DNA of 64,000 nt, taken from the IMG/VR virus record IMGVR_UViG_3300029922_000007, positions 102,170-166,169 of that record. One strand, given 5' to 3'. The notes beneath the pieces were generated by a model. That model had not been told where the DNA came from. It saw only the letters and a program-made list of their open reading frames with translations, and did not search any database. This document shows, piece after piece, positions 27,364 to 36,671 of this stretch. Both the position numbers and the translations under genes were made by a program. Source of the stretch: a virus. The stretch's first letter is position 1, and the number at the start of each line of letters is the position of its first letter.

Positions 27364-27621
27364 TCAGTGAAGCTTAAACGGTACAACCCTAAGAGACCCT
27401 ATTAGGTCTAGGGCATATTTCGCATCTTTAGGGGAGCCTTCTTGGGAAAGTTTCACTAGGTCCCTCAATATTCCGCTATAGATCTTGTTCACCTCTTTGG
27501 GGGTGAAGGTCACAAGTTCCCCATGCATTTGAAAATCTCCGCCCATCATGATGCACCAGTACTGGCCTTCCATTCTCGTAAGCTCTTTTTCTGAAAACCC
27601 TAGATATGGGAACTTGGGCAT
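27364..27621 (-). CDS. Hypothetical protein
   Basis: GGAG SD; last gene of the spike operon. Confidence 0.65.
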   Translation of the reverse strand: MPKFPYLGFSEKELTRMEGQYWCIMMGGDFQMHGELVTFTPKEVNKIYSGILRDLVKLSQEGSPKDAKYALDLIGSLRVVPFKLH

Positions 27622-27629
27622 ACGATCTC

Positions 27630-28163
27630 CTATTGCGCTGGGGTTGGAACCGGAATTGGTGTGAAGGTTGGTGGTGCGCCAAGGCCTATGGCATTGAAAA
27701 CTAGGGCCAACGTTGCGTCTCGTATCGCTGTTGCTAATGGTAGCGGTGCATTAGAATCAGGCTTAACGTTAGCTAATTCTGCGATTAGGACTGCTTTAGC
27801 TGCCGGAAGAGTTAGAATGGTGGCCGCAGCGGATGGTAAGGTGGCCACATCGACAATGGACCCTAACCAAATTGGGTTTGTGACCGTACCACTTGCAATT
27901 ATGGATGTTAGGATACCAGCTTCCCATGAATTGCTGAACGGAATTATCCAGCTATCGTCCTTTACCGGTTGCATAGTAAGTAGGATAGCTTCCATTGCCT
28001 CATTGCCAAAAGTCAAAATACCTGGGGTGCCAAGCGGCCCACCCTGGATTTGGTTCGAAAAATCGGCTATAACTTTTACGAATGCTTTAACGCCGGAAAC
28101 CGCATCCTTTGTTGGAGCTAAATTTAGCAAGGACCGTTTAAGGTCTTCTGCTGAGGGTAGCAT
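27630..28163 (-). CDS. Putative spike-associated structural protein
   Basis: Abuts the spike gene; Ala/Pro-rich. Confidence 0.6.
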   Translation of the reverse strand: MLPSAEDLKRSLLNLAPTKDAVSGVKAFVKVIADFSNQIQGGPLGTPGILTFGNEAMEAILLTMQPVKDDSWIIPFSNSWEAGILTSIIASGTVTNPIWLGSIVDVATLPSAAATILTLPAAKAVLIAELANVKPDSNAPLPLATAIRDATLALVFNAIGLGAPPTFTPIPVPTPAQ

Positions 28164-29054
28164 TTATTCTGTCTTTACTTTGGTAGAGAGGGTGTCTGCG
28201 GGCATTTTCACTATAGAGGTTCCTGAAGGTCCTAGCGCCGTGGCGACAATAAACTGCGTATCCAAATACTTCTTAAAAGAATCTCCTTTTATAACAGCGT
28301 CCGTCGCATTTGCCCCCAGATTCACGTTTTTCCCCTCTACCGTCGTAGTGCCTTGAGCGGTTATTGTGCAATCCGTCTTGGTAGTGATAGACAGTGCCCC
28401 ACTCTTATCTGCCAAGATATCAATGGTCGAATGCATGAACTCAAAAGACCCATCTGTTTTGATCTGGAATACGGTTGGTCCCTGGCTAGAATCGATCGGC
28501 ACACCCTTACTGTCTGTGGCTCCCTTGAAGGTTAGTGTGCAGGAACCATCAGGAGAAACTTGGACGTTAACTCCGTTATATTCTCCGAAGAGTTGCGGAT
28601 CTGTAGAGGTAACATTGGTGGGTCTATCTGGATGAATTAAGTTACCAACAACGATGGCCTTCTCACCAACTCCATCCAAACAAAGAATCATGACGATAGC
28701 GCCATCCTGATCTCCAAAAGTAGGAAACCCTTTATTGGTTTGGAATGTTTTTGGTCTAAGGGTGAGTTCAAAATAATCCGCTAAGGAACCCAATCCCTGA
28801 GAAGATAAGCAGTGCCTATAAAGAATTGGAGTACTTCCCTTATTTTCAAATTGCTCCATTACTAAAACGTCATATTCCGTACAAATCTTTGTTATGTTTA
28901 ACGGATCATTGGCGGGATATGAGGTAATTACAATTCCAGCTTTAAGCGAGGTATTCCTATAGGAACGATTAAATCCAGAAATGGCTGCTTCAGGACCATT
29001 AGACCCTAAAAGGCCGGAGGGGAGCACTGTGCCGTTACCCATTATGTTGCTCAT
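28164..29054 (-). CDS. Baseplate central spike (gpV/gp5-like)
   Basis: OB-fold-like N-terminus (EYDV..V.ILCLDG..AIVVG) followed by beta-helix repeats and VNLGANAT.AVIKGD. Confidence 0.7.
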   Translation of the reverse strand: MSNIMGNGTVLPSGLLGSNGPEAAISGFNRSYRNTSLKAGIVITSYPANDPLNITKICTEYDVLVMEQFENKGSTPILYRHCLSSQGLGSLADYFELTLRPKTFQTNKGFPTFGDQDGAIVMILCLDGVGEKAIVVGNLIHPDRPTNVTSTDPQLFGEYNGVNVQVSPDGSCTLTFKGATDSKGVPIDSSQGPTVFQIKTDGSFEFMHSTIDILADKSGALSITTKTDCTITAQGTTTVEGKNVNLGANATDAVIKGDSFKKYLDTQFIVATALGPSGTSIVKMPADTLSTKVKTE

Positions 29055-30934
29055 TGTGTCCTCGTAGACTTACTTATAGATGTTTTGGTGTTTGGTTCAG
29101 TAAAGGATTCACCGTCTGATATTGGCGTATCCGGATTATTAGGGGCATGTCTATAGACCGTATCTTGACTTTCAGATACTCCTGGTAGTATTTTAGTGGT
29201 GTCGAAATCGTTTTGGCGCTTATCATCGGCTCCGCCAAAAGCCATTTCGGAGTAGATTACTTGAGAACCATTCTCAATATCCATGCCATTACTAACTAAA
29301 ATTGTCGTCCTAAATTGCTTAATGCCGTTGGGCGCAATAGAACAAGAATGCGTCATCTGCTCAATGTGGTAAACTACATTATCGAACTGGAGATTGTCTC
29401 CGACAGCGATTGGTTCCGGTATACCTACATAGTTAATAGTTCCGCTGAATTTAAGATGCCCCCCAATTAAGGCGTCTCCTACGATTCTAGCCCAACCGGG
29501 GGCGCGAAAACTCTTTCTAGCAGCGGATACCTGTTCTCCAGGTTTAATGTCTGGAAACCTATCGAATTCGGAAGTTACTACGAAGGGACGTAACCCATTA
29601 CGTTGAACATCTTCTATGTCGTAGAGATAATTATTTCTGGCTATTTCGTCCGAGATATCATAGCCCGCTGGACCGTTTACAGATCTACCAAAATATTGAA
29701 CGAAGTTCTTCCTGGCCACATCATCCCTACCTAAATCAAAGCTAAAAGCTAAAGAGGGGTTTATGTTCCATCGAGGAAGATTCATAAATCTAGTTACCTT
29801 ATTACTGCCGTCCCTAATATCAAAATTATCGGTAGTAAAGGGTATCTGCCTAAGAACTACTGTTGGCATAACATACCCATTGGGCGCTATTCTAAAGCAC
29901 GTGTACATCTCATTCAATGGGGAATTTACGAATTGATTCAGTATGGACCAAGCCTGATTCTGATTCCAGTATTCGGGTTTCGCTACTGTTATGCCCTCAA
30001 CAGAATCGGCCAAAAAAATAAAACGGTCCTCGTCATTCTGATCCGGATCTACTCCTGTGGGATTCATTCCTTGAGCTAGAGTCTGATTAGCTCCAGAAGA
30101 ATAGCTCTGAATACCAAAAAGGAAATTGTAGACATCCTTAGCTGCCACAGCAGAATCCTGGTTTAGAAGGTTTCCCACTCCTTGTGGCATATAGAAATGA
30201 GTATTTGATGTGAATAAGCCTGCTTGAGGTTTACGCCCATTGTTCGTAAAACCTACCCCTATAAAGCTTTGAATTAGGGCACGGATGACACTTTGTATAT
30301 TGACTAGGGATTTTTCTGCTTGTATGTGTGCCCAATCTATGCCTATCAAACTTGCAAAAAGAAGTAGATTGTTGTCTTCTTTAGTAACAAGATATGGATT
30401 AAAATAGATAGAGTTATTGAATTCGGTAAAAGCGAAGGCGGTAACCTTTATAGCATACGTTTTTGTTCCGGACTGTGGGTCTACCATAAGAGACTTTCTT
30501 ACACTGGCTACCTTAAAAAAGCCTTTAAATCCATCATGGACACCATTAATGGGATCCATGGCTCTAGCTTGGTTGGCGACTTTTCTAGCGTGAGATTCCC
30601 AATTTAACATATTGACGAAAACAAAATCCCCAGGAGCCACTTCGGTTTCGTAATTAACGTCGGTCATCAGGAGAGTCGCCGACATAGAAGGGGTTAGTGT
30701 AGTTTTTGAATCCGATACGGTCAACTGAATACAGTCATTCTCCACAACTAGTGGCGGGGATATAGTGGTGGAGTTTACCTTGCCGTATGGATTAGTTCTT
30801 AGAGTGTCTCTGATCTCCCAACGCAAGAATGTTAAGACCCAAGCAGGACCTGTTTGATGTACGGAAAGATGTTCGTCTGCGCTAGAAGTATTGGGGTTAA
30901 TATCCTTTACGAAAGCGGTATTATTTATTGCCAT
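29051..30934 (-). CDS. Baseplate hub protein (gp27-like)
   Basis: Lies between tape measure and spike; VQRNGLRP..SGTINYVG..IAVGDN..YHIEQMTH motif. Confidence 0.7.
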   Translation of the reverse strand: MAINNTAFVKDINPNTSSADEHLSVHQTGPAWVLTFLRWEIRDTLRTNPYGKVNSTTISPPLVVENDCIQLTVSDSKTTLTPSMSATLLMTDVNYETEVAPGDFVFVNMLNWESHARKVANQARAMDPINGVHDGFKGFFKVASVRKSLMVDPQSGTKTYAIKVTAFAFTEFNNSIYFNPYLVTKEDNNLLLFASLIGIDWAHIQAEKSLVNIQSVIRALIQSFIGVGFTNNGRKPQAGLFTSNTHFYMPQGVGNLLNQDSAVAAKDVYNFLFGIQSYSSGANQTLAQGMNPTGVDPDQNDEDRFIFLADSVEGITVAKPEYWNQNQAWSILNQFVNSPLNEMYTCFRIAPNGYVMPTVVLRQIPFTTDNFDIRDGSNKVTRFMNLPRWNINPSLAFSFDLGRDDVARKNFVQYFGRSVNGPAGYDISDEIARNNYLYDIEDVQRNGLRPFVVTSEFDRFPDIKPGEQVSAARKSFRAPGWARIVGDALIGGHLKFSGTINYVGIPEPIAVGDNLQFDNVVYHIEQMTHSCSIAPNGIKQFRTTILVSNGMDIENGSQVIYSEMAFGGADDKRQNDFDTTKILPGVSESQDTVYRHAPNNPDTPISDGESFTEPNTKTSISKSTRTQ

Positions 30935-33279
30935 TATTTACCCGTCATGGAGTTGCTGCCAGAACTAGTTGAGCCTGACGACGGAACCGTTGGCGCGTCT
31001 CCAATGATGTCGTGGGCATGCGCGGCCCAATATGCGGGCTGTTGCGATGCTGGCAGGGATCTTAGGGCTGCGGTAAAAGCTTGCCATTTTTTGGTCATGT
31101 TTTCTACTTCTGTTGCAGCCGGAATTATTTGGTCCCTCATGTCTGTGAACATCTTATTGGTAATCTTAGATATTTCTGCCTGCATGGCATTTACTGTATC
31201 ACCCGGACGATCAGTACCGGCTCCTTCTAATTTCGTTCTAGTAGCTCCCTCTAATGCTTTCCTAGCGCCAGCAGTGTCACCAGTCGCCAAAGATTGGGCC
31301 ATAGCTTCTGCAGCTTTGGTATTCGTCCCAAACTCTTCGTGCTCATTTAGTTGCCATAGGGCAGCCTTCCCTAAGGCTAGTTTTCTACCCTTATCCGTTC
31401 CAACAAACTGCATTCCCTTTAATTGGTTTATAGCTGCATCTGATCCGGAATACTTATTAGCAGATGAGGCCGTATTTTTATTTGCAGCGTCTATCAATTG
31501 TTGTGACGAAACTCCAGCTTCATCGGCCAAAGCTTCTATTGTTGCGCCTCCAGGTCTTAACTGATCTACAGGAAGCCTAAATAGTGCGGCAGCAGAATTA
31601 CTCGATAACTTACTGAGAATAGGATCGGTCATCATCCCCCCAGCTCTCATCGTCCCTACTGGACCAGTTTGTGCCATGGACATTTGCCTATAAACATCAA
31701 ACGCGCTTTTCCCAGCTTCCATACCAGCAGTAGTTTTTTCTCCACCAAAAAATTTACCAAACGCGTTCATCATCTGGTCTACGTCAGCCCCAGAAGTAGC
31801 TCCAGATTGAGAAATAACATTGGCGGCCATTTCAACAAATTTTCGATTTTCTTCTACGAAGTCTGCCTGATTTACGCCTATTCTTGTTCCTTCTGATTGT
31901 ATCTTAATGAGGGCTTCTTTGCTAAGTTCGGAAGTTCCTAGAGTTCCGCTAAGTTTACCCATAACTTGCGGGGCATTCGTTAGATCAAAGGCTCTCTGAG
32001 CTTGATTTGCAGTAACTGCACCTCCTCTAGCCCCCAGAGTTGTCCCTCCAGCAGCCATAATTCCAGAAGCTGCTGCCATATTCTGCTCTTGTGTAAAACC
32101 TCCTCCAGTAAAATTAGTTCTAAACTCTTTCTCTCCTATTCCCATTTGTCTCTGGAAGTCCAAATTTCTCTGGGAATTCTTATAGAAGTCTTCAGCAGCA
32201 GCAACCCTTTCAGGTTGAGAATCTAATTGTCCTTGAAGGGATTTTTGCTGTTGTTCGGAAAGTAGATGCGCGTTTTGGGCAGAATATTCTCTCGCCCATT
32301 TAGGGTCGGCTCCTGGCATCATACTTCTAGCAAGAGGCCCAAGTCTTGGGTCGGACAGGTTGCTCATCATCCCCGCACCGGCACCACCCAAAGCGCCAAG
32401 GGCAGCCCCCCCTCCCATTCCAGCAGCCATAGTGAAAGGCGCGGCAAGACCTAGGGTCCCAGCCGTCAGATAAGCTCCTGCAGCGGTGCCGCCTACTAAT
32501 CCTGCAGTTCCGCCCGCCATACCGCCAAGAATAGGATTAGCGTAAAGATCTCGTAAGTCTTTAGATTTTTGGGCTTGAACTATTTTACTCGCCTCTTCAT
32601 ATGAAGCCTGACGCTCTGTCTTAAAAGCGGCATTGAAAGGGGTACGCCCATTATATAGAGCTGCGACGTCCTTACCCACAGTACCTTGCATCGCACTGCC
32701 AAAGGATGACTGGGCGTTTACGGTTGAGGAGGCCGACATCATAGCACTTCTGTTTGCGGTTTCGTATATCTTAGAAACCATTGCGGTGACTGTTCCGAGA
32801 ATGACTGGTAAGGCAACACCCATCATTCCTCCGCCAGCGAACCCTCCTTGGCCGGTATTAAAGGTGGTAGTTGTGCTACCCCCACCAGCAGAGCCTCCAC
32901 GCGGTTGCTGATTAGCTTTTACCTGAGCTTGTTTTTCTGCAGTTATCTTTTGCTCTATTTTAAGTATTTCGTCTCTAAAAGTCTTCTCTTTGGCCAATAT
33001 ATCTATTTTTGCTCTATTGATTGAGGCCTCTTGCATGCCCCTTTGAGTCATTTGATTTGTGGCTTGAGTGTGGGCTCTAAAAGCTTCTACTCCCGCACCT
33101 CCACCACCCGCTTTTTGAAAGGCGTCTTGTTGAGGAGTAACGATCTTACTTACGGGAACCTTCATTCCAGCAAAATCCTGCTGGATCTTCTTAACGGAAG
33201 CTGCGAACTCCTGCTCCATCTTCTTGAGAGCGGCTGCAACCTCGATAGAGAGGCCAATTGTTACTTTCTTGTCGGCCAT
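30934..33279 (-). CDS. Tape measure protein (putative)
   Basis: Ala/Gly/Gln-rich helical protein with Gly-zipper hydrophobic segments, upstream of the hub; GGAG SD before ATG 33279. Confidence 0.7.
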   Translation of the reverse strand: MADKKVTIGLSIEVAAALKKMEQEFAASVKKIQQDFAGMKVPVSKIVTPQQDAFQKAGGGGAGVEAFRAHTQATNQMTQRGMQEASINRAKIDILAKEKTFRDEILKIEQKITAEKQAQVKANQQPRGGSAGGGSTTTTFNTGQGGFAGGGMMGVALPVILGTVTAMVSKIYETANRSAMMSASSTVNAQSSFGSAMQGTVGKDVAALYNGRTPFNAAFKTERQASYEEASKIVQAQKSKDLRDLYANPILGGMAGGTAGLVGGTAAGAYLTAGTLGLAAPFTMAAGMGGGAALGALGGAGAGMMSNLSDPRLGPLARSMMPGADPKWAREYSAQNAHLLSEQQQKSLQGQLDSQPERVAAAEDFYKNSQRNLDFQRQMGIGEKEFRTNFTGGGFTQEQNMAAASGIMAAGGTTLGARGGAVTANQAQRAFDLTNAPQVMGKLSGTLGTSELSKEALIKIQSEGTRIGVNQADFVEENRKFVEMAANVISQSGATSGADVDQMMNAFGKFFGGEKTTAGMEAGKSAFDVYRQMSMAQTGPVGTMRAGGMMTDPILSKLSSNSAAALFRLPVDQLRPGGATIEALADEAGVSSQQLIDAANKNTASSANKYSGSDAAINQLKGMQFVGTDKGRKLALGKAALWQLNEHEEFGTNTKAAEAMAQSLATGDTAGARKALEGATRTKLEGAGTDRPGDTVNAMQAEISKITNKMFTDMRDQIIPAATEVENMTKKWQAFTAALRSLPASQQPAYWAAHAHDIIGDAPTVPSSGSTSSGSNSMTGK

Positions 33280-33309
33280 TGAAATTACTCCGAATTTGGA
33301 ACCCAATAG

Positions 33310-33324
33310 GATAAGATTGACGGT
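33310..33324 (-). promoter_or_regulatory. Putative late promoter (ACCGTCAATCTTATC)
   Basis: Identical to 24946-24960; heads the tape measure-hub-spike operon. Confidence 0.65.
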
Positions 33325-33354
33325 TCTAAGGTCTATATATCATCGAAATAGGGC

Positions 33355-33383
33355 TTGACGTATGATAGATCATGGTTTACGAT
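33355..33383 (+). promoter_or_regulatory. Sigma70-type promoter (leaderless)
   Basis: TTGACG-17-TACGAT; ATG follows after 5 nt. Confidence 0.65.
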
Positions 33384-33388
33384 ATCTT

Positions 33389-33586
33389 ATGGCTAAGAAG
33401 TCCAAGAAAAAAGTTGAAAAGAAAGTAGAAAATAAGGAATTCATGAGTCGAATTAGGTACTTGAATATCCTTATTGATTGTAGCATGAAGAATGTTAAGG
33501 GTGATGGTTCTAGTTTGGACGACCTATTTAAGAGACAGGCTAGTCGTTTGTTGGATCAAAGAAAGAAACTTGAGGAAGATCAATGA
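33389..33586 (+). CDS. Hypothetical basic protein
   Basis: ATG at the predicted TSS; ATGA overlap with the next gene. Confidence 0.65.
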   Translation: MAKKSKKKVEKKVENKEFMSRIRYLNILIDCSMKNVKGDGSSLDDLFKRQASRLLDQRKKLEEDQ

Positions 33587-34062
33587 AATCATTAGGATTA
33601 TTCCTTTTAGTGGTTCTATTCCTTATCCCCACTTTTACTCGATCTGATGAAATGCTCTTCGATGTTGGCTTAGGGGCTCTTGATACCTCTTCTTCCATGA
33701 AGTTCTTTAGCGTCGGTATACAGGAAGATCTTTGGGGTCCGCTGAAGGAAAGGGCAAGTTGTGGTGGCTGGGTAGACTCTTCTGCAGGCGCTTCCTCTTC
33801 TGGGTTCTTTTCGGGCCAGTTAGGCTTTGAGGTCGATAGCGGTAGTTTGACTGGAGATGCGTTCTTTGGTCCAGGATCTATAACTCAGACAGATGTCCTA
33901 TTGGGCGGTTATTTTCAATTCGAGAGTAGTTTGGAACTAACCTTCCACGATATAAATAGGAACGGCATGGGAGTATTCTTTAGGCATTTTAGTTCTGCAG
34001 GATTTGAGATGCCAAACCAAGGCCGAGATGTTTTGGGATTAGAATTGATTTTTCCTTTTTAG
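33583..34062 (+). CDS. pagL: PagL-like lipid A 3-O-deacylase (outer-membrane beta-barrel)
   Basis: Signal peptide; LGG.FQF; HFSSAGFEMPNQGRD matches PagL H-x-S-x7-N-x3-E/D spacing; C-terminal Phe. Confidence 0.8.
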   Translation: MKSLGLFLLVVLFLIPTFTRSDEMLFDVGLGALDTSSSMKFFSVGIQEDLWGPLKERASCGGWVDSSAGASSSGFFSGQLGFEVDSGSLTGDAFFGPGSITQTDVLLGGYFQFESSLELTFHDINRNGMGVFFRHFSSAGFEMPNQGRDVLGLELIFPF

Positions 34063-34069
34063 GAGTTTT

Positions 34070-34466
34070 ATGACACGAGAAGACCTAGATAAGTTTCAGA
34101 AGCTGTGGATAGATATGATAACCAGCTGTAACGAATGGTGGCGAACTCCAATTATCGATAGTTATCCTGACAGCGATGCATTGGATTGTTTACGCTACAG
34201 TATTGGCTGTAACGGGTTTACTGTTGCTACTTTAAGTCCAAGTGCAAAAAATTTCCCTTTCTCAATTACCTTCAACCTATGTGGGCGTTGATTGGGGCTA
34301 TCAGGATGCTGGAGTCAAACACATTGGAGATGGTATTCGATGGCATGAAGCTACTGATTCGGGCATTAAATTACATAAAATGCTAAAATGCGAATGCGGC
34401 AAAGAAAAACATGGATTTGCAAATCACAGTCACTGGTGCGATATGGCGGATAATAGCAATACATAG
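34070..34466 (+). CDS. Hypothetical protein(s): two overlapping ORFs, possibly one frameshifted gene
   Basis: 34070-34291 has an SD; 34242-34466 lacks a good start but ends in CECG..HSHWC. Confidence 0.5.
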
Positions 34467-34493
34467 GCCCTAGAGTACGATAAGGAGCAATAT

Positions 34494-35120
34494 ATGGATC
34501 CTAAAGAATATGAACAGAATTGTCTTATAACTGAATCTAAAGAATTTACCCCTATTCATGATCGAATTAACGATCGAATGATTAGAATTCTCCACGCTGG
34601 CCTAGGAATGTCATCAGAACTTTCTGAGCTTACTGATGCTGCCTACTCGGCCACAAAAGAGAATGAGGTTGATTGGGTTAACGTATCGGAAGAATCGGCT
34701 GATATCTTGTGGTATTGTTCTATCGGTGTGAATTCATTAGGATTCGATCAAGATGAGATCTCGTCATTTGAAACAGACCCTCTTCCAGCTTCTTTCCGTA
34801 GTCCTGTACACGATACGACTATTTTAACTGCCGCTATCGCCGCTATCACTTGTTCTGTTGGTGAATTCAATGACCAAATTAAGAAGCACATGTTCTACGG
34901 TCGGAAACTGAATAAGGAAAAAATGAAGCAGTCTCTGCAGCAGATCTGTATGGGGATATCAGGAATTTGCATTGTATCCGGCACTACTATTTCCGATGCT
35001 CGCCAAACCAACATTAATAAGCTCAAGGCACGGTATGGGGAGAAGTTTAGTGAAGCAGCTGCCTTGAATCGTAATTTAGAAGTAGAACGTAAGATATTAG
35101 AAGATGGAGTAAAAGTATGA
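34494..35120 (+). CDS. MazG-like NTP pyrophosphohydrolase, tandem domains
   Basis: LGMSSELSELTD..EESADILWY; second half GEFNDQIKK..NINKLKARY. Confidence 0.8.
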   Translation: MDPKEYEQNCLITESKEFTPIHDRINDRMIRILHAGLGMSSELSELTDAAYSATKENEVDWVNVSEESADILWYCSIGVNSLGFDQDEISSFETDPLPASFRSPVHDTTILTAAIAAITCSVGEFNDQIKKHMFYGRKLNKEKMKQSLQQICMGISGICIVSGTTISDARQTNINKLKARYGEKFSEAAALNRNLEVERKILEDGVKV

Positions 35121-35371
35121 GAAGCCGAGATTTTGCCTATTGGTTGCAAGGATTTTTTGAGATTGATGGCGATGAGAATCGCCCTTTGACGGCAGAACAG
35201 GTTCGAAAGATCCGCAATCATCTTGCCATGGTCTTTAAACATGAGATCGATCCTAGTTTTGGGGATAAAAAGGTACAAGAAGAGTTGCACAAGGTCCATA
35301 CTGGGATTCAAGGTGTGGGCGGAGTACAAGGCATCTCTTTCCCTATCGGCACTACGATGCTTAACTGCTAA
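35117..35371 (+). CDS. Hypothetical phage protein
   Basis: ATGA overlap; DFAYWLQGFFE N-terminus. Confidence 0.7.
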   Translation: MRSRDFAYWLQGFFEIDGDENRPLTAEQVRKIRNHLAMVFKHEIDPSFGDKKVQEELHKVHTGIQGVGGVQGISFPIGTTMLNC

Positions 35372-35486
35372 TGGGTTCGGTCCACTTTCCCATCTATATT
35401 GCCTATGAAGACTACTGCGCCATACTTTTCGTATTGGTTCAGACAGGATTGCTGCACACTATGTGCGAGATTTTTGGGATGCCTTA

Positions 35487-36146
35487 TTAGATCTCAAAAA
35501 CGATAGGTTTATTAGTCGCATTGTAGTTTTCATCGCAAATCGAAGCATTGATAAAATGGATCCCACTTTGGTGGATTTCGCCCCATCCTTCATGAATATG
35601 ACCTGCGATATGGGCACGAGGCTTAACTTCCAGCAATTTCTTCAAGAGTTGGGGACATCCGACATGTTTAACGTCCATTTCACCCTTTTTACGATTAAAC
35701 TCGGGGATGCCATCTAATAGTCCGTAACAAGGACCATGAGTAACCACAATGTCCATCCCTTCCGGAATCCTGTCCCAGTGTTTCTGGATATCATCGCCTG
35801 GGTAGCGATTATACGCCCAATTACAGAAAAAGGGCTGAATCGCTGAAAGCCAAATCCTGATACCTTCTACCTCAACCAATCCCTCTTCAATAAAGTGAAC
35901 ACGGGGGCAAGCTTCAAGGGCAATCTGCTTAGAGAACTCAAAGTTCTTCTCCACGCCTTTTTCGTGGTTACCCTGCAAAGAGATAACGTGTTTAGCCGGT
36001 TGCTTGTTGAGCCATTTATGGAAATCTTTGACTACATGAGGCTCTCCTAAGAAGCTATAGTCTCCTGCGCTGATCAATAGATCACACTCGGGAATGGTTA
36101 CCTGTTTCTGCCTACAATGTACATCTGAAATCGCACAAATTTTCAT
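35487..36146 (-). CDS. Metallophosphoesterase (calcineurin-like, MPPED-like)
   Basis: ISDVH, AGD, GNHE, THGP, GHIHE motifs. Confidence 0.9.
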   Translation of the reverse strand: MKICAISDVHCRQKQVTIPECDLLISAGDYSFLGEPHVVKDFHKWLNKQPAKHVISLQGNHEKGVEKNFEFSKQIALEACPRVHFIEEGLVEVEGIRIWLSAIQPFFCNWAYNRYPGDDIQKHWDRIPEGMDIVVTHGPCYGLLDGIPEFNRKKGEMDVKHVGCPQLLKKLLEVKPRAHIAGHIHEGWGEIHQSGIHFINASICDENYNATNKPIVFEI

Positions 36147-36424
36147 TTCTTTTTCTTTCTAGAGCTTTTCTTAAAAGGCTTCTCTGTTCCCTCAACAGCC
36201 ATACGAAGAAGTTGGTCATCCAGTTCTTCCAAGTGCCCAAAGTGATTTGGTGCTCCGTCAGCTGCATAGTTAATATCATGGTCTGCGGGAAAATGGCGGA
36301 GACAATGGTAGGCCTGTTCACGAACATCTTTGGGGACCCGAGGCGTCTTCTTTGGGTCAAGAAGGCTATACAGAAAATTTCGGGCGTTCTTCAACGATCT
36401 AGATCTCTCCAGGGGTACTGTCAT
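36143..36424 (-). CDS. BPSL0761-like hypothetical protein
   Basis: MT.P.ER.R....FL..L....VR..A...LRHFP pattern; AGGAG SD. Confidence 0.6.
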   Translation of the reverse strand: MTVPLERSRSLKNARNFLYSLLDPKKTPRVPKDVREQAYHCLRHFPADHDINYAADGAPNHFGHLEELDDQLLRMAVEGTEKPFKKSSRKKKK

Positions 36425-36671
36425 CTTGTTTCTCCTTATTAATAACGGTAACATAATGATAGAAGGTTTGCAATCTAACAATTTTTGATTCTAGTTCTTC
36501 AGAAAATCCAAACAATTCTCCCAAATAGTACGACACAGCTAAAATATGGCAACTGGTGGATTGTGCTATCATACTTAGGTTCATATTGAGATCAGAATCT
36601 GGATTACGTGCGATATGCAATTTTACTAGAGGTTTAATGGTCTTCCTATACCGATTCAGGTCAAGTATCAT
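36399..36671 (-). CDS. Hypothetical protein
   Basis: Overlapping operon arrangement. Confidence 0.6.
   Translation of the reverse strand: MILDLNRYRKTIKPLVKLHIARNPDSDLNMNLSMIAQSTSCHILAVSYYLGELFGFSEELESKIVRLQTFYHYVTVINKEKQDDSTPGEI

Noticed and set aside
13-33282. Many plus-strand ORFs rich in V/P/A/T overlapping the structural genes (e.g. 1473-2309, 17375-17929, 27661-28356, 30854-31564)
   Set aside because: Antisense shadows of G/T/S/A-rich minus-strand genes; no SD or recognisable motifs.
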